A stretch of 64,000 nucleotides of DNA from Chiloscyllium plagiosum (lineage: Eukaryota): positions 79,826,944 through 79,890,943 of the forward strand of contig NC_057718.1 in assembly GCF_004010195.1 (NCBI RefSeq). The letters run 5' to 3'. A model generated the notes under the pieces. It ran no database searches. It saw nothing but the letters and a program-made list of their open reading frames with translations, and was not told the origin of the DNA. Of this stretch, positions 1 through 12,142 are shown in pieces. A program made the position numbers and the translations under genes. Position 1 is the first letter of the stretch, and every line of letters begins with the position of its first letter.

Positions 1-128
1 TCCTGATGAAGGGCTTTTGCCCGAAACGTCGATTTCGCTGCTTCTTGGATGCTGCCTGAACTGCTGTGCTCTTCCAGCACCACTAATCCAGAATCTGGTT
101 TCCAGCATCTGCAATCATTGTTTTTAAC
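1..128 (+). mobile_element. Short Penelope-derived terminal fragment with hammerhead motif (cut by window edge)
   Basis: CTGATGA-A-GGGC-TTTT-GCCC-GAAACGTC at 3-30, then the tail ...CCAGCATCTGCAATCATTGTTTTTA, which recurs inverted at 7033-7156. Confidence 0.8.
3..30 (+). ncRNA. Minimal type-I hammerhead ribozyme motif (family A)
   Basis: CTGATGA at 3-9, an extra A, stem II GGGC/TTTT/GCCC, GAAA at 23-26, then CGTC with GUC as the cleavage triplet. Confidence 0.7.
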
Positions 129-334
129 CTTGATATTTTTACAGGTACAGGTTTTCCAATAACTGCCTATACTGCTGTTTTTCTGTCAGACCACTCTGAA
201 TCTGGAACAAAATGCCGAACGGATGACAGGTCTATGGTAATGATGATTGATGATACAATCTGGCTATTAACATAATGGCTATTAATCCCATATAACACAA
301 TCAATATCATTATCACCAAACTTCATTTAAAAAT

Positions 335-560
335 GGTAACTGTCGCAGCATTCTTGCCACTGAGTCAAGAGATTGTAGGTTTCCATCTCATTCCAGAGAC
401 TTGAACTCATAATCTTTTGGATGAGACTGAAATCATGTTTGGGCTCTTGGATAAACATAAAGGATTCCTTTCAGAGCTCAATGTGTAAAGACTACCAAGA
501 ATTTTTGGTAGACATTGAAATTGTTTCTATTTCAGTCAGTATCAACATCAAATATTCTCA
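335..560 (+). mobile_element. Highly decayed tRNA-derived SINE remnant (DeuSINE/SacSINE-like)
   Basis: CTTGCCACTGAGTCAAGAGATTGTAGGTT...CCAGAGACTTGAACTCATAATC...GGATGAGAC resembles the head and core of old chondrichthyan SINEs (recognised from memory). Confidence 0.4.
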
Positions 561-650
561 AGTCAGATGTAGTACAGATATAGACAGTTTGCTACAAAGT
601 CAACCCAGAAAAGTCCCATTTGCTGCATCACCATTCCATTTTGTCTGGTC

Positions 651-748
651 TCTGATGAAGAGGCTTATGCCCGAAACGTCGATTCTCCTACTCCTCATAT
701 GCTGCCTGACCTGCTGTGCTTTTCCAGTGACACGCTTTTAAACTCTGA
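651..748 (+). mobile_element. Short Penelope-derived terminal fragment beginning at the hammerhead motif
   Basis: CTGATGAAGAGGCTTATGCCCGAAACGTC at 652-680, followed by the family tail GATTCTCC...GCTGCCTGACCTGCTGTGCTTTTCCAG. Confidence 0.8.
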
Positions 749-1382
749 GTAAAATAACCAATTAATGCCACATTCTGTTGTGTAGGTCTATGCCACTAGG
801 TACCAGAATGATGCCAAACTAATTTCACAAGTGAACTCTAAGTTTGACATGTCTCCAATTCCCTCACTGTGCGTGCAGTCAGGGTAAGACGGAGGGGAGA
901 GTTAATGCCTTATTTCAAATCTCTATTTCAAATTACCCGGCTTCAGGCACAGCATGGCTGCCTGCCTCAAAGGCATATGTTAAATTCAACTATGGCCTCC
1001 AGTCCACCAGAAAAGATCCAACTCCTGATTAAAAAAAAATCCAGGGAAGAACCAGAGGATGCCTTTGACGTCCTTTCACCTGAATCTCACCAGGGCCTCC
1101 CACCCTCCAGCAAACTGATCTTGCTTTGCTAAGGGCTGTTTCAGTGTGTTCCTCGCCGCACCCTATCCTCCAATCAATTTTGCTCTTTGCCTGATGCAGG
1201 TAGCATGATCTTGCATTCATCAATTTATAGATATTGCCTCAGGCAGTTTATAGGTACCTCTATTTTATGAAGTTCTTATAAAGAACCAAACGTGTTAGAT
1301 AATTTTAATGAGTTTATAATTTCCTGGTCTTGGAACCTGAGTCAATTGTTAAATCATTCATATCTGGTTAAAAATCACATAA

Positions 1383-1499
1383 GCTGAAAATGTGTTGCTG
1401 GAAAAGCGCAGCAGGTCAGGCAGCATCCAAGGAACAGGAGAATCGACGTTTCGGGCATAAGCCCTTCTTCAGGAAGCATCTGCAGCCCTCGCTTTCTCC
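1383..1499 (-). mobile_element. Short Penelope-derived insertion with a 15-bp TSD, nested in a second Penelope terminus (about 1368-1620)
   Basis: TTAAAAATCACATAA is duplicated at 1368-1382 and 1500-1514. An intact minus-strand motif CTGAAGAAGGGCTTATGCCCGAAACGTC lies at 1445-1472, and a short inverted piece ends the insertion. Confidence 0.85.
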
Positions 1500-4071
1500 T
1501 TAAAAATCACATAACACCAGGTTATAGTCCAACAGGTTTATTTGGAAGCACTAGCTTTCGGAGCACGACTTCTTCACCAGTTGGTTGTGGAGTATAAGAT
1601 TGTAAGACACAGAATTCATATCTGGAATGTTACACAGTCACACTTTGTCAAACTCAGTGAACATTTTGCAAGCTAAATTGCTGTTAGTTCTGATTCAGAA
1701 CAGGAAGAACTATCCTGGAAAGATTCTAATGAATGTCATAGAAATACATTGCAAAACCTAACAAGAGGATTAGAGAAAACTATCTTGTTTACCTTCTACT
1801 ATCTTGGTAGCGACCACTTCAACCAGTAGTGGAATTGTAGAACAACCATGCAATTAGTCAATTAATGTAAACCAGATGCAAAAGGGACTCTTATGGCTCA
1901 TTCATATTGTCCCCTGGACCAAGAGATTTAGGTTCAAGTTCTACCTGCGCCAGAGATGTATAATACCATCTCTGAACAGGTTGATTAGAAATATAGATTT
2001 TAGAAAAAAGATCCAGATGCTACAACAGGAAAACACTCAATATTGGAAAATCACTTGCTTCTCCCAAGCATGTTACACTTACCTGCCACACCTCAAATTT
2101 CTTCTATGCTGTATCCTAAAATATTACTTTCTGAAAATTTAAATTTCAATCATCAAATACTAACTGCATTTGACATTTATGAGAGAAGCTTTTTCAAGAG
2201 ATTGAACACTTACAGAAATAGCTGGTAAAGGTTCCCAGCTGCTAAAAGAAGTGGGTCATGGTGATATATTTGGGAAAACCAGGTGAAACACCTAACAAGG
2301 ACATTCTCAACGTTGAGAAGTAAATATCTCATTTTCCAACCAAGTGTTAGATGGCCCGAGTCAAGATTCTTTCTAGTGTGTGCCAAAAGGCCTCTTTGCA
2401 AGGTTGATTACTGCTTCTTAGTCACCTTCGGTAATATGCTGTTTCCCATTCTTCCACTGACTGGATAGAAACTGGATGATGACAAATCCCAAAATAAAAG
2501 TCAGGGTGGTTACCTAGCAACTCCAATTCACCTCTGCATCTCCATCTTGGATGCTTAGCCCCAACATCTCACGACACAATCCGCGTGCAATGAGCATACA
2601 AATTCCATGACCACAGACATTGGTATCTGACACATACCAGCCTCGCTGCCTCATCATGGCACATCATTGATCTATTTACCATATGTTTTTGCACTTCTGT
2701 GCTGTACTTTGGAGCACAACAACAGGTTTCATTAGAATGCTGCTGTCAGGACACTATGTGCAGGACAGGTATCTATCTCATGGATTTGTCACTCTCTTAG
2801 CACTCACTCACTTTGTGCCTACTTCAATGCTCACAACATTGCTGCTTTCTGATGAGATTGGAGGCAAAATGCTGAGATGTAGAGGGGATTACAATTGTGA
2901 AGGGGTGCAACTAAGTAGATAAGTGGTCGAGACAATCATTCAATTAAATAACAAGCGCACAATGGAGATGAACATAGTTGTGCCACAGTCAGAGTGGGTA
3001 GGTTAAGTCTTTCATTCCATGAGGGAGGGGGTTTCAGTTACAATTGTAGTGAGGCCCTTAAAAGGCAACAGTGTTACACAGACTTCCATTCACTAAAACT
3101 AAAATACTGCTATGGGCACGTTATTTTATGTGAACCCATGGCATTAACCTACAATTCAGAGTCCAAATCCTTGTCCCTAGCACTCTTGATGGCCATATTA
3201 TGCAACTTTATGAAAGAATCCCATTAATGGCTGTGCTGCACTCACAGTATTTAGGTGCCTGGAAAGAATGACCCTAATTGCCAAAGTAGATATCATCCTC
3301 CAGTTCTCATATTCTGCACATGGTGCAGGAGCTGCTTATTTCATACCTTGGACCATAAAACATTGTGCAGAGCTAGGAACAGCTATGCTCTGACCCTCCA
3401 ACGTTGTAATTGCAGTGAGATAGACATTTACACTGATGAAGAAAAGTGAACATATATTTATAAATGTTATAACATATTTATACTGACGTGTTTTCGGAAA
3501 TCTTGTTTCCCTCTTCACAGTGGGATCTTGGTTTCCATAGCTGAGGTGGTGGGAGCCTCCCTCACAGTGGTTTTCTTGTTTTGGTCAGGCAACTCCAGGA
3601 GCATTTGTGTCTAGAGGGCCCAGACATGTTGTGTGTGTACTGCCTTGAGACAGGTGCATTCCCCTCCACACAGGGCTGAGGGTGGAAGTATTGGCCACCT
3701 CTGGAGTATTCTGAGAATAGAGTTCATGGGGCCTGTTTAAGGGTTGTCCTTCAGTATGGTTCCTATTGGCACTGCCATGTCTCCTAGTGAGGAAGGACCT
3801 GCAGTGAGGTCAAGGTCCCTGTTCCTCTGTCGCCTTGCTCCAATGGTTAGACCTATGGAGTGTGGCACTGTGCACATATCCAAATTTCAAATGAAGATTT
3901 GATACTTTCCACAAGCAAAGAAGGAAAACAGAAGTGACAGAAGCTTGAAACACTTGTGCAGCTCATATTAGGCAGTTCAGGGGTATCAGTTGCTAGTCTG
4001 ATTTTAGTTCAAGAAATATAAAACATACAAGAATTACATCAAGAGGAAGCTAACTTGCCATTTGTAGCAAT

Positions 4072-4296
4072 TGCAATGAGGTCAACCAGGTGGATCTCAT
4101 AGAATAAGAGTTCCCTGACTGGGCTGTTAATCTGGCCCAGTCAGGGAGCCCTCACTGACAGATAAGAACAGGGGTGTCAGACATTCTGTTCATCTGAATT
4201 CTGGCCCTGAGGGAGCTGGATCAGTGTCAAGGACTCTCCACGTGTTAATAAAGGGTGACTTGTTGACGGAAGACCACCCTCTGTGGACTTATTTCA
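4072..4296 (+). mobile_element. Solo LTR (Gypsy-type)
   Basis: TG...CA termini, a TATA-like GATAAGAA, AATAAA near the 3' end and an internal hairpin TTCCCTGACTGGGC...GCCCAGTCAGGGAG. No convincing TSD. Confidence 0.6.
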
Positions 4297-4737
4297 TCAT
4301 TGAACTGAAATGAATCTTCCAGTTGCTCACACTTTATCTTAAATATGGAGGGTAGCAATCATTTCTCAAATCAACCTCCCAACCTACAAATGTGCAAATG
4401 CCCTATGTCTTATTTATTACAGCCTGTCCTTCTTTTCAAGTCAAGGACATGTATCACCATTTTAAATTACATTAGATGATAACAAAGTTTGAAAAGGATT
4501 TTTAAAAAATGGCATATTCTCCTGGTACCTTGCCAGTCAACCATCATGAAGATGTGTAAAACCATTCTTCAGTCATTTTGCTACCCTTATTGTTCATAAA
4601 AACTGAAGATGTAAATTCATTTTTATTTCTTACTAACCTCAAGGATGAAAGGAAAGAGTTTGGCCCTTAAAATTTGGAAAGAATTTCCTTGGATTTTTAT
4701 TTTACCCTGGAATTTAAACATGACACTCAATATTTTA

Positions 4738-4862
4738 GGAGAAAGTGAGGTCTGCAGATGCTGGAGATCAGAGCTGAAAATGTGTTGCTGGAAAAGCGCA
4801 GCAGGTCAGGCAGCATCCAGGGAACAGGAGAATCGACTTTTCGGGCATAAGCCCTTCTTCAG
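4738..4862 (-). mobile_element. Short Penelope-derived insertion with a 7-bp TSD
   Basis: TATTTTA at 4731-4737 and 4863-4869. On the minus strand the insertion starts exactly at the CTGAAGA of the hammerhead motif. Confidence 0.85.
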
Positions 4863-4973
4863 TATTTTACCAGATCAAGCAGAATGTTTGGAAGAAAGCA
4901 ATATAAGTTCTGGAGAATGTGTTAGGAAAATAGCCTGAAGTTTTCAGCAGTCCTTCTTAGTTTTGCTGAATTA

Positions 4974-5277
4974 ATTAGATTCCCTACAGTGTGGAAACAG
5001 GCCCTTCAGCCCAACAAGTCCACACCAACCCTCTGAAGAGTAACTCACCCAGACCCATTTCCCTCTGACTAATGCACCAAACACTATGGGCAATTTTAAC
5101 ATCAGCAATTCACCTGACCTGCACATCTTTGGACTGTGGGAGGAAACCGGAGCAAACCCACGCAGACACAGGGAGAATGTGCAAACTCCACACAGACAGT
5201 CGCCCGAGGCTGGAATCGAACCTGGGACCCTGGTGCTGTGAGGCATTAGTGCAAACCACTGAGTCACCGTGCCGCCC
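4974..5277 (-). mobile_element. HE1-type tRNA-derived SINE (V-SINE group)
   Basis: Minus strand has GGGCGGCACGGTGACTCAGTGG (A box), GGTTCGATTCC (B box), the core GTGGAGTTTGCACATTCTCCCTGTGTCTGCGTGGGTTT and a CR1-like tail ending AATCTAAT. Confidence 0.9.
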
Positions 5278-5622
5278 AGAAGGGTCCATGTTTACCCCCT
5301 GCATCTTTCAGGTAGACAACCTTATTTCTCCAATGAGGAGTGTTCCAATGTTGCAGTGTAGTCACTAAGGCACTCAAGGGAATAAGACAATGAGACATCA
5401 GCAGGATGTACAAGGATTATGAAGTTTAATGATGTGATGATGGTATCAGTGACACAATAATGTAGAGAGAACTGGAAGGGAGCAAACGCTGTACCAGAAC
5501 CTTTGGAGAATATGTGTATCTACTAAACTGTTTAAAAAGGAATCTAACACAAAATGCCTTGGACTCAAGAAGCAGCATTTGAGAGACTAATTTGAGTAAA
5601 ATTCCTTACATACAACATAACA

Positions 5623-5634
5623 TGGTAGCAGTGG
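5623..5634 (+). promoter_or_regulatory. Primer-binding site complementary to initiator tRNA-Met
   Basis: TGGTAGCAGTGG versus the expected TGGTAGCAGAGG (11/12), immediately after the LTR end AACA. Confidence 0.7.
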
Positions 5635-7032
5635 AAAAGTAGGCAAAAAAATGAAAATCAGGCAGCAACCAAAAGTAGCCTCATGAGGATCATTTCTCAA
5701 GACTCATCAGAACATCAGGGGTACATTGCCGAGGACTAAAATCGGATGTGAATACCAGACAGTAGTGAGCACTAAGTGAAAGCAGCAATCAGAAGGACAA
5801 CCATTGTTACAGTCGAGGGAGTAGCTCCAGAGCTCAAGTGAGCTGTGGTGCCTAATTTGTCACTCTCAGAAACACTCCACTGACAGACCACATCAGACTC
5901 AGAAAGTGGGGGTTGCAAGAAAATATTTATGAGGTAGCGAACTGTACCAGGCTTAGATGAAAAAATGGGTAAAAAGAATTGTTCTGAACCTTACTATAAT
6001 GCAGTGGGGACCATCAGAAACAATGTAGTTGCAGCACTGGATATTGATGAAAATACAGCATTGTATGAAGTAGTATTGAGGGCATTTGATGCAAACATCA
6101 CTATGAGAAAATATTAATAATAGAGCATGCAAAACCTAATCAAAAAATACAAAGGCTTGAGGACAGCATTAAAATTATTTAAAAATGATCTTTACTGGCT
6201 AGCAGACATTTGCACTCCGGGCTTGGAGCAGAATTATTTTGTGACTGGGGGATCATGGCTGGAATTTCATATGAGGCCTTGTCACACATTTTACAGGCTG
6301 GAAACAATTTGACAGTTTAAAAAAAAAGCAGTTCTGTTCCTTGGTAGGCCAGCTTCAGAGACATTACAATATATTTATTCAAGGGGAGCATGAAATGTGA
6401 TGGAAGAACTTGAGTTCAATGGTTCAGTACACTGGCCACATAGAAGAATGGGTGTGAAATATGCAGCATGCCAAGTTTGAGAAAAGCATGTTATTTGTCA
6501 TTTTGAAACAGAGACATGGAGGGAACAAAGCACAAGAACGAGATGACTGCCTAGAAAGACAGAACACTTTGCCAGACTGTGGAAAGGTTGGACATTTTAA
6601 CAAAGCATTCAGGCTATCAGTGCAGAATACAATGAAGCAAAGTGTACAATATCAAAGCCAAATAAAGAGCTGGACACACCATAGAGGCAAAAAACATATT
6701 TTTCAAAGAAATTAACAACTCTAGAAATAAATATTGGACTGTCAAAGTACAAGTGAATGGGCACATTTTGGAGTTTAAACTTATATTGGAACCAGTGTTT
6801 TTGTATTATTAGATCACCCTGAATAGCTTAAATTACAGTCATTCTCAATTAAATTACAGAGACCAGAAAATAAAAAGTGAATGAAGCAAAGCTCAGGTGC
6901 AAGAGAAGATAAATCATGAAATTCTTTATCTTGTTCAGAATCAAATCTGTTCTCTTTATAATGTATGCCTAATGCTAAAACTAATTCAAAATTTGAACAG
7001 ATTGTGGGTGTAGACTAAGGTAGTAAAGTTGG

Positions 7033-7231
7033 TAAAAACAATGACTGCAGATGCTGGAAATCAGATTCTGGATTATTGGTGCTGGGAGAGCACAGCAGTT
7101 CAGGCAGCATCCAAGGAACTTCGAAATCGACGTTTCAGGCAAAAGCCCTTCATCAGCTGAGCTGGAAGTTTAGAACTAGGGTGAGGTGGGGAAAGGGGAA
7201 ATGAGGAAACTGTTGAAGTTTACATCCACAT
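7033..7231 (-). mobile_element. Short Penelope-derived insertion into the Gypsy pol with a 17-bp TSD
   Basis: TAAGGTAGT(A/G)AAGTTGG at 7016-7032 and 7232-7248. Minus-strand hammerhead motif CTGATGAAGGGCTTTTGCCTGAAACGTC at 7129-7156. Confidence 0.85.
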
Positions 7232-9544
7232 TAAGGTAGTGAAGTTGGCAATTTGCAAAGTTGCTTACCGGGTTTGGATAAAATGAAGACAATGTGCACC
7301 CTGGAGACAGTACAAACCCAATATACTTGTACACACCAAAGAATATGACACACCCATTCTTGGATTCAAATTAAAGAAAAAAATAAATGCTATGCTCAGA
7401 CAAGGAACAACTGGTTAAAGTGTGAATGAAATGGTGATCAGGAATATTTATAGTAAAAAACCGTATGGTTCAATAAGAATCTGCTTGCATCTCACTCATT
7501 CGAATAAAGTAGTGCAATGAGAGATTCATCCAATGGCTTTAGGAAATAAAGTGTTGAAAAACTAACAGTACTCTATTCACCAAACTGAATGTGAACAATG
7601 GATTCCATTAATTATCTTTGAATGAAGACTTCGAAAAACTTTATTACACCTTCTGGGCATTGTTATTTTAACAGGTTACCATTTAGAAGAGCACACACAC
7701 CAAAAAAGTTTCAAAAAACATTGTTAATTACATTGGAAGACAATCATGTTGTAATATATCATACTGACAACATACTAATACATGAAGCGACAAAAGATTA
7801 ACACGACCAATGAATTAGATCAGTCATGAATGTATTTCAGAATGCAGGTCTAATGCTGAATAAGAAGTGTAAATTTGGAAAATCAAGAATAAAAATTCTT
7901 GAGCATAATCCAAGCTACTGTAATCATAATTAACCTCATCAAAAATCAAGGTCATTAGTGATTTTCTGCCATCACTTAATATTACAGACCTTTACAGATT
8001 ACTTGGATCGTGAGCCAGTTGAAAATGATCTGGCCAAATCTAGCAGTAGGAAATTAGCCTCTGAGTTAGCTACTACCCTAGGATCACAATATTGTCTGAA
8101 TGGCAATGAGGAAAAGCACATGACAAAGTCAAGTAAAATCCTAATCTCATCAAAACCTGAGTGTACTATGATCCTCACCTACCAGTCATAAAAAATGCTG
8201 TTTAGCTTCTTCAGCAGATTTTGGGGGGTGAGGGGCAGATGCGGCAGCACACTTTCAGGTGCAGTAAAATGGAAAGCAATGACGAGGAGACAGTACTTCT
8301 AGATCACTTATTGAGATAGATCTGCCATGATTCGAAAAGAGACTTTGCTGGCAATGTGGGAATATGAAAGGATTTCCAATAATGCAGTGGTCTTATAGTT
8401 CAAATAAACACAGACCAAATAATTAAGATGCTGCCAATAATTCAACGGTTTAGGTTGAGGCTAATGAGGCATTACTCAACAATTGAATATGTGCAGGGGA
8501 AGTCCAAAATAAAAACAAACACCGTCAAAGATTTCAGTAAGTTCAGCAGAGAAAGCAGACAGACTTTATTGAAGAGTTTTAAATGTACACATCAGCGGTT
8601 ATAAAATATTTACTGATTACAAGAACAAAAGTGCAAGAAATTCGAGTAGCACAAGAACATTCTGAAGAATGCATTCAAATATGGAAATACTGTCAAGAGG
8701 CTGGCTCGTTGATACACCTAATAATTTCGTATTGGGCCAGGTCCTTGAGCAGTGTTGCTATCAATTGTAATTGACAACTTGCTAAGTTTGTGTAAAACAA
8801 GAAGTAATTATATTAGTAATAAGAATTTAAATTCTTCAGAGGATTCATCAAGATCATTTGGGCATTACAAAGAGCAATTGTGAATGTGGTGACTACACAC
8901 TCTATCCAAGAAATGATCAATTTTGTTTGTGATGAACAGCCAAGGGAGGAAGAATCACTATTACCATAATCTTTTCATCAAGGCCATGTGAGTGTTTGGG
9001 AATAGAGTTAGTCAGGTTCAAAGGCAAGATCTTAATTATTGTCATTGAGTACTACACAAGGTAGATTAAAATACACTGTGCACACAAAAAATCATGGAAG
9101 AAGCATTGATAGAGTTTCTCAAGAAAATCTTTCCAATCCATGACAATCTAGGCTTTGTAGTCTCATACAATGGGCTACAGTTAGCAAATGAGCAGCTTAA
9201 GAGTTTTACATGTGAATACGATTTTTATCCTGGTCATGAGTTCACCTCATTATCCATGATTGAATGGAGAAACTCAGAGAAGAGTTCTGTACAATGAATG
9301 CATTATTGTAGAAGAACAAAAATTTAAATCTTACACTATTAAAGTACAGATTATCACCACCACAGAACTGATTATCACTGCCACGTTAGTGAAAGATAGG
9401 AGATTAAGAACACAATTCTCATCTCTGTGTTAGAACCACAGTTAAACAACACTGAATGAACATAACAGAGTGAAATGACATGAAGAAGAGCAATGACACA
9501 ACTAGGCTAAAAATTTTCAGAAAGTTACAGAATACAGCAGATTG

Positions 9545-9855
9545 GGAAGTTCTGTTCCTACTCATAAAAGGTTTAAGAATGAGTAGGCACAGATTTAAAA
9601 TGACTTGCAAAAGTAGCAAACGTGATATGAAAAAGAATCTTTTTCACACAGTGATTTGAGTTTGAAATGCATTGTCTTGAAGCTGGTGATAGTAATTTGA
9701 ACTGAAGCATTCAAAAGGGCATTAGATGATGATGTTATTAGAAACAATGTGTAGGGAGAAAGCAAAAGAATGACGGATGTCCCATTGCTCCTTTGGAGAA
9801 CTGGTGAGAGTACAACGAGGCCACATAGTCTCCTTTAATGCCATAACAATTCTTT
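9545..9855 (+). mobile_element. Old CR1-type LINE 3' end
   Basis: GGCACAGATTTAAAATG...TTTTTCACACAGTG...GCATTCAAAAGGGCATTAGATG matches the end of CR1 ORF2 seen in other copies in this window. Confidence 0.65.
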
Positions 9856-9959
9856 CAGCAAAAGGTTAACAGAGTTACAATCTAGGAAAAGATTGTGAAT
9901 AAGGGAGTTACAGAAAGAAGGGATGATTATAAAGAAAACACAGCAACTAACATTATATT

Positions 9960-11295
9960 GGGCTGAATCCTTTTTTGTTTGGCTCAGTTGTATCAAGTTT
10001 CACAAAGAGTTTCTTTCTGTGAGCCAAGGGAGTTCTCCCGCTGCATCTTATCAAATTTACCTCATTTAGATTCTACCCCATCCCTAAGACACCCCTCTCA
10101 TCCTGTCCTACTCTCATGCTACCACTCACTGTGGCCAGGCCAACACACCACTGCCAGTAATAGACCAGAATGCACAGGCACCATCTTTAAAAGGTCGTTT
10201 GTACCTGGCAAGCACAGTTAGTCTGGAGCTGCATTGCATGGTTCCTGACATTTTTACCCCGCTTTGTGAGCCAGGTCCTCATGATTCAGAAGTGGGGTGT
10301 CCTCTTCCTCGATGACCAGCAGAGAATACCATTATACCAGACAAGATGCCAGCCTAGTCTTGGGTTGGGTCTGTTCAATCTCAACCATTTGGAGGAATTC
10401 CCAGAACTTGAAAAGACATTGATCTTCTCCACTCCACAACTATCATCTGTTTGACGCCTCTCTCTCACTCGAACCCTGCTACCGTGCACACCTCTCACCA
10501 AGAGTCATGCTCTACCACCTTCACTATTGCCTTATTTGCTGTCACCAACCACAACCTCTGACACCACTAACACTACATGCCCTTTCACACTGCCTGCTCA
10601 ATACATCTTCCCACCTGTACCAAACGTAACAACGATGCTATCCACTTCCATCTCTCTTAATACCTATTCCTTCTCTCTTATTCTAGAACAAAAGCAATCC
10701 AAAATGGGCAAAAAGTGTCAGGGCAGGTAGTGAGCTGGCAATATGGTAGTACTTTCAGTCTGTTTTCTCTGGCTGAGGGGCAAGGCAAAGCAAGTAAACA
10801 CTAAGACAGCTACCCAAAAGCCTGGAGATGCAGCTTGGAGTCCATGACCTGGGTGCATGGCTCTGAGCTCAAAGTGTCATTACAAAGATAGTTTTTATTG
10901 TGTCCTGTGCTGCAACACTGAATTACAGGAGCATATTGTAAGTGGATCAGCCATGAGGATTCTTAGAGATGTTGGGTGCCAATATTTGTGAATGTGGGGT
11001 GCATGCAGCTGGTCCCCTTTGAACATATCATGAGATGCTGTTGCTTAGTGACCAACATGGAGCCTGCTTTCAGCCAGCAGGAGTTGAAGTTGCCAGGTAT
11101 CCGTCCTGACTTCCATGTTGAGAATTCTTGGCATCTAGTTTGTTTGCAATGGATGGTAAGATAGTAAACTTCATATTAATGAGAGAAGATTTGCAGTTGA
11201 TAAGTTCGTTTACCAGCAAAAACCCCATCAGTAGGCAAATCTCTGCTCCGCAGTGAGAATCTCACCTCGACACCCAGAACTTAGTTAAAAGCTGC
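9960..11295 (+). mobile_element. Possible PIF/Harbinger remnant with a decayed Myb/SANT-like ORF fragment
   Basis: GGGCTGAAT at 9961 resembles a Harbinger terminal inverted repeat. 10290-10440 reads GVLFLDDQQRIPLYQT..., resembling the Myb-like ORF of fish Harbingers. Heavily decayed, with uncertain boundaries. Confidence 0.4.
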
Positions 11296-11399
11296 AATGG
11301 ATTATTTCTGATATAGAGATAGACATTGCTGAATTCTCGCAGGACTTTGTCACAGTTTTCATCATTGGCCCTGTAATATTCTCCCATATCATCAAAATA

Positions 11400-12135
11400 A
11401 TCAAGGGATAGAAAGGTAAAATGTTAGACATTATAACATCATTGAGCTAGAAACCAATAGAACTTGGAAACTATTTCTCAGAAGAAGAAGAGAGCACTCA
11501 AATCAATACATCAAAAAGTTGAACCCTGTGAAGTGTGAGACTTTCGGGGGAAAAGTGTCATAAAGGAGATAATGGCTTGGGGGTAATGTGGATCATTGAG
11601 AAATCAAAAGAATGAATAATCATGGTGCTAGTGTCTCATGATTATCTAGTAAAATAGGAAGCGAGCAGTAGCTCAGACAGGATCTTGACAAAATGTGTGT
11701 ATTTACTGAGCTGTAAATAACGATTTCATGCAAAAAGCACTTAGGACTTAAAAGGCAATACTTGGGAAACTAGCTAGTTTCAACAACAAAACAGCGAAAA
11801 ATTGTGTCAGAGTTTGTTTCGTGAGAATTTACATGCAAAGTCCAAGTTTATTATCAAGCCAGTAACTACAGATATTGATATGGTTCCAAATTTGCCCTTG
11901 CAAGAAGTGGACCTTTCTCTGGGGAATGATTTGGTTGGATTGAGGGTAATATTCCACAAAATGTTAATAACAGCCCAGAGACACTGGTAAAGCTGTAAGA
12001 AACCAGATTGGTTCTGCAGAGGTGCTAGAAACTGACAAAGGCCGAGATACCGACAGGAGCTGAATGCAAGAATGATGGGATGGCTCAGGAGAAATCATTT
12101 GACTTAAAAATGGCAAAGCCAGGTCAGCTGAGATC
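11400..12135 (+). mobile_element. Very old Gypsy (Gmr1-like) gag/protease remnant
   Basis: MVPNLPLQEVDLSLGNDLVG (ORF 11802-11990) resembles the protease C-terminus GVIDRVSVPRIQCVLWNDLVG of the element at ~34550. Confidence 0.5.
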
Positions 12136-12142
12136 AAATAGA

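Larger units (their letters stand above)
5349..9540 (+). mobile_element. Decayed Gypsy LTR retrotransposon: 5' LTR, PBS, gag knuckle, protease, RT, RNase H, integrase
   Basis: LTR about 5349-5622 (TG...AACA) followed directly by PBS TGGTAGCAGTGG. Fragments include CGKVGHF (~6580), VNGHILEFKL (~6750), ITPSGHCYFNRLPF (~7640), HQDHLGITK (~8845) and SYNGLQL (~9160). Many stops and frameshifts, and no 3' LTR found. Confidence 0.8.

Noticed and set aside
4974..5277. tRNA-like sequences with A and B boxes (also 23461, 47109, 48481, 60349)
   Set aside because: They continue into a shared SINE core and LINE-like tail and lack a complete cloverleaf, so they are SINE heads rather than tRNA genes.
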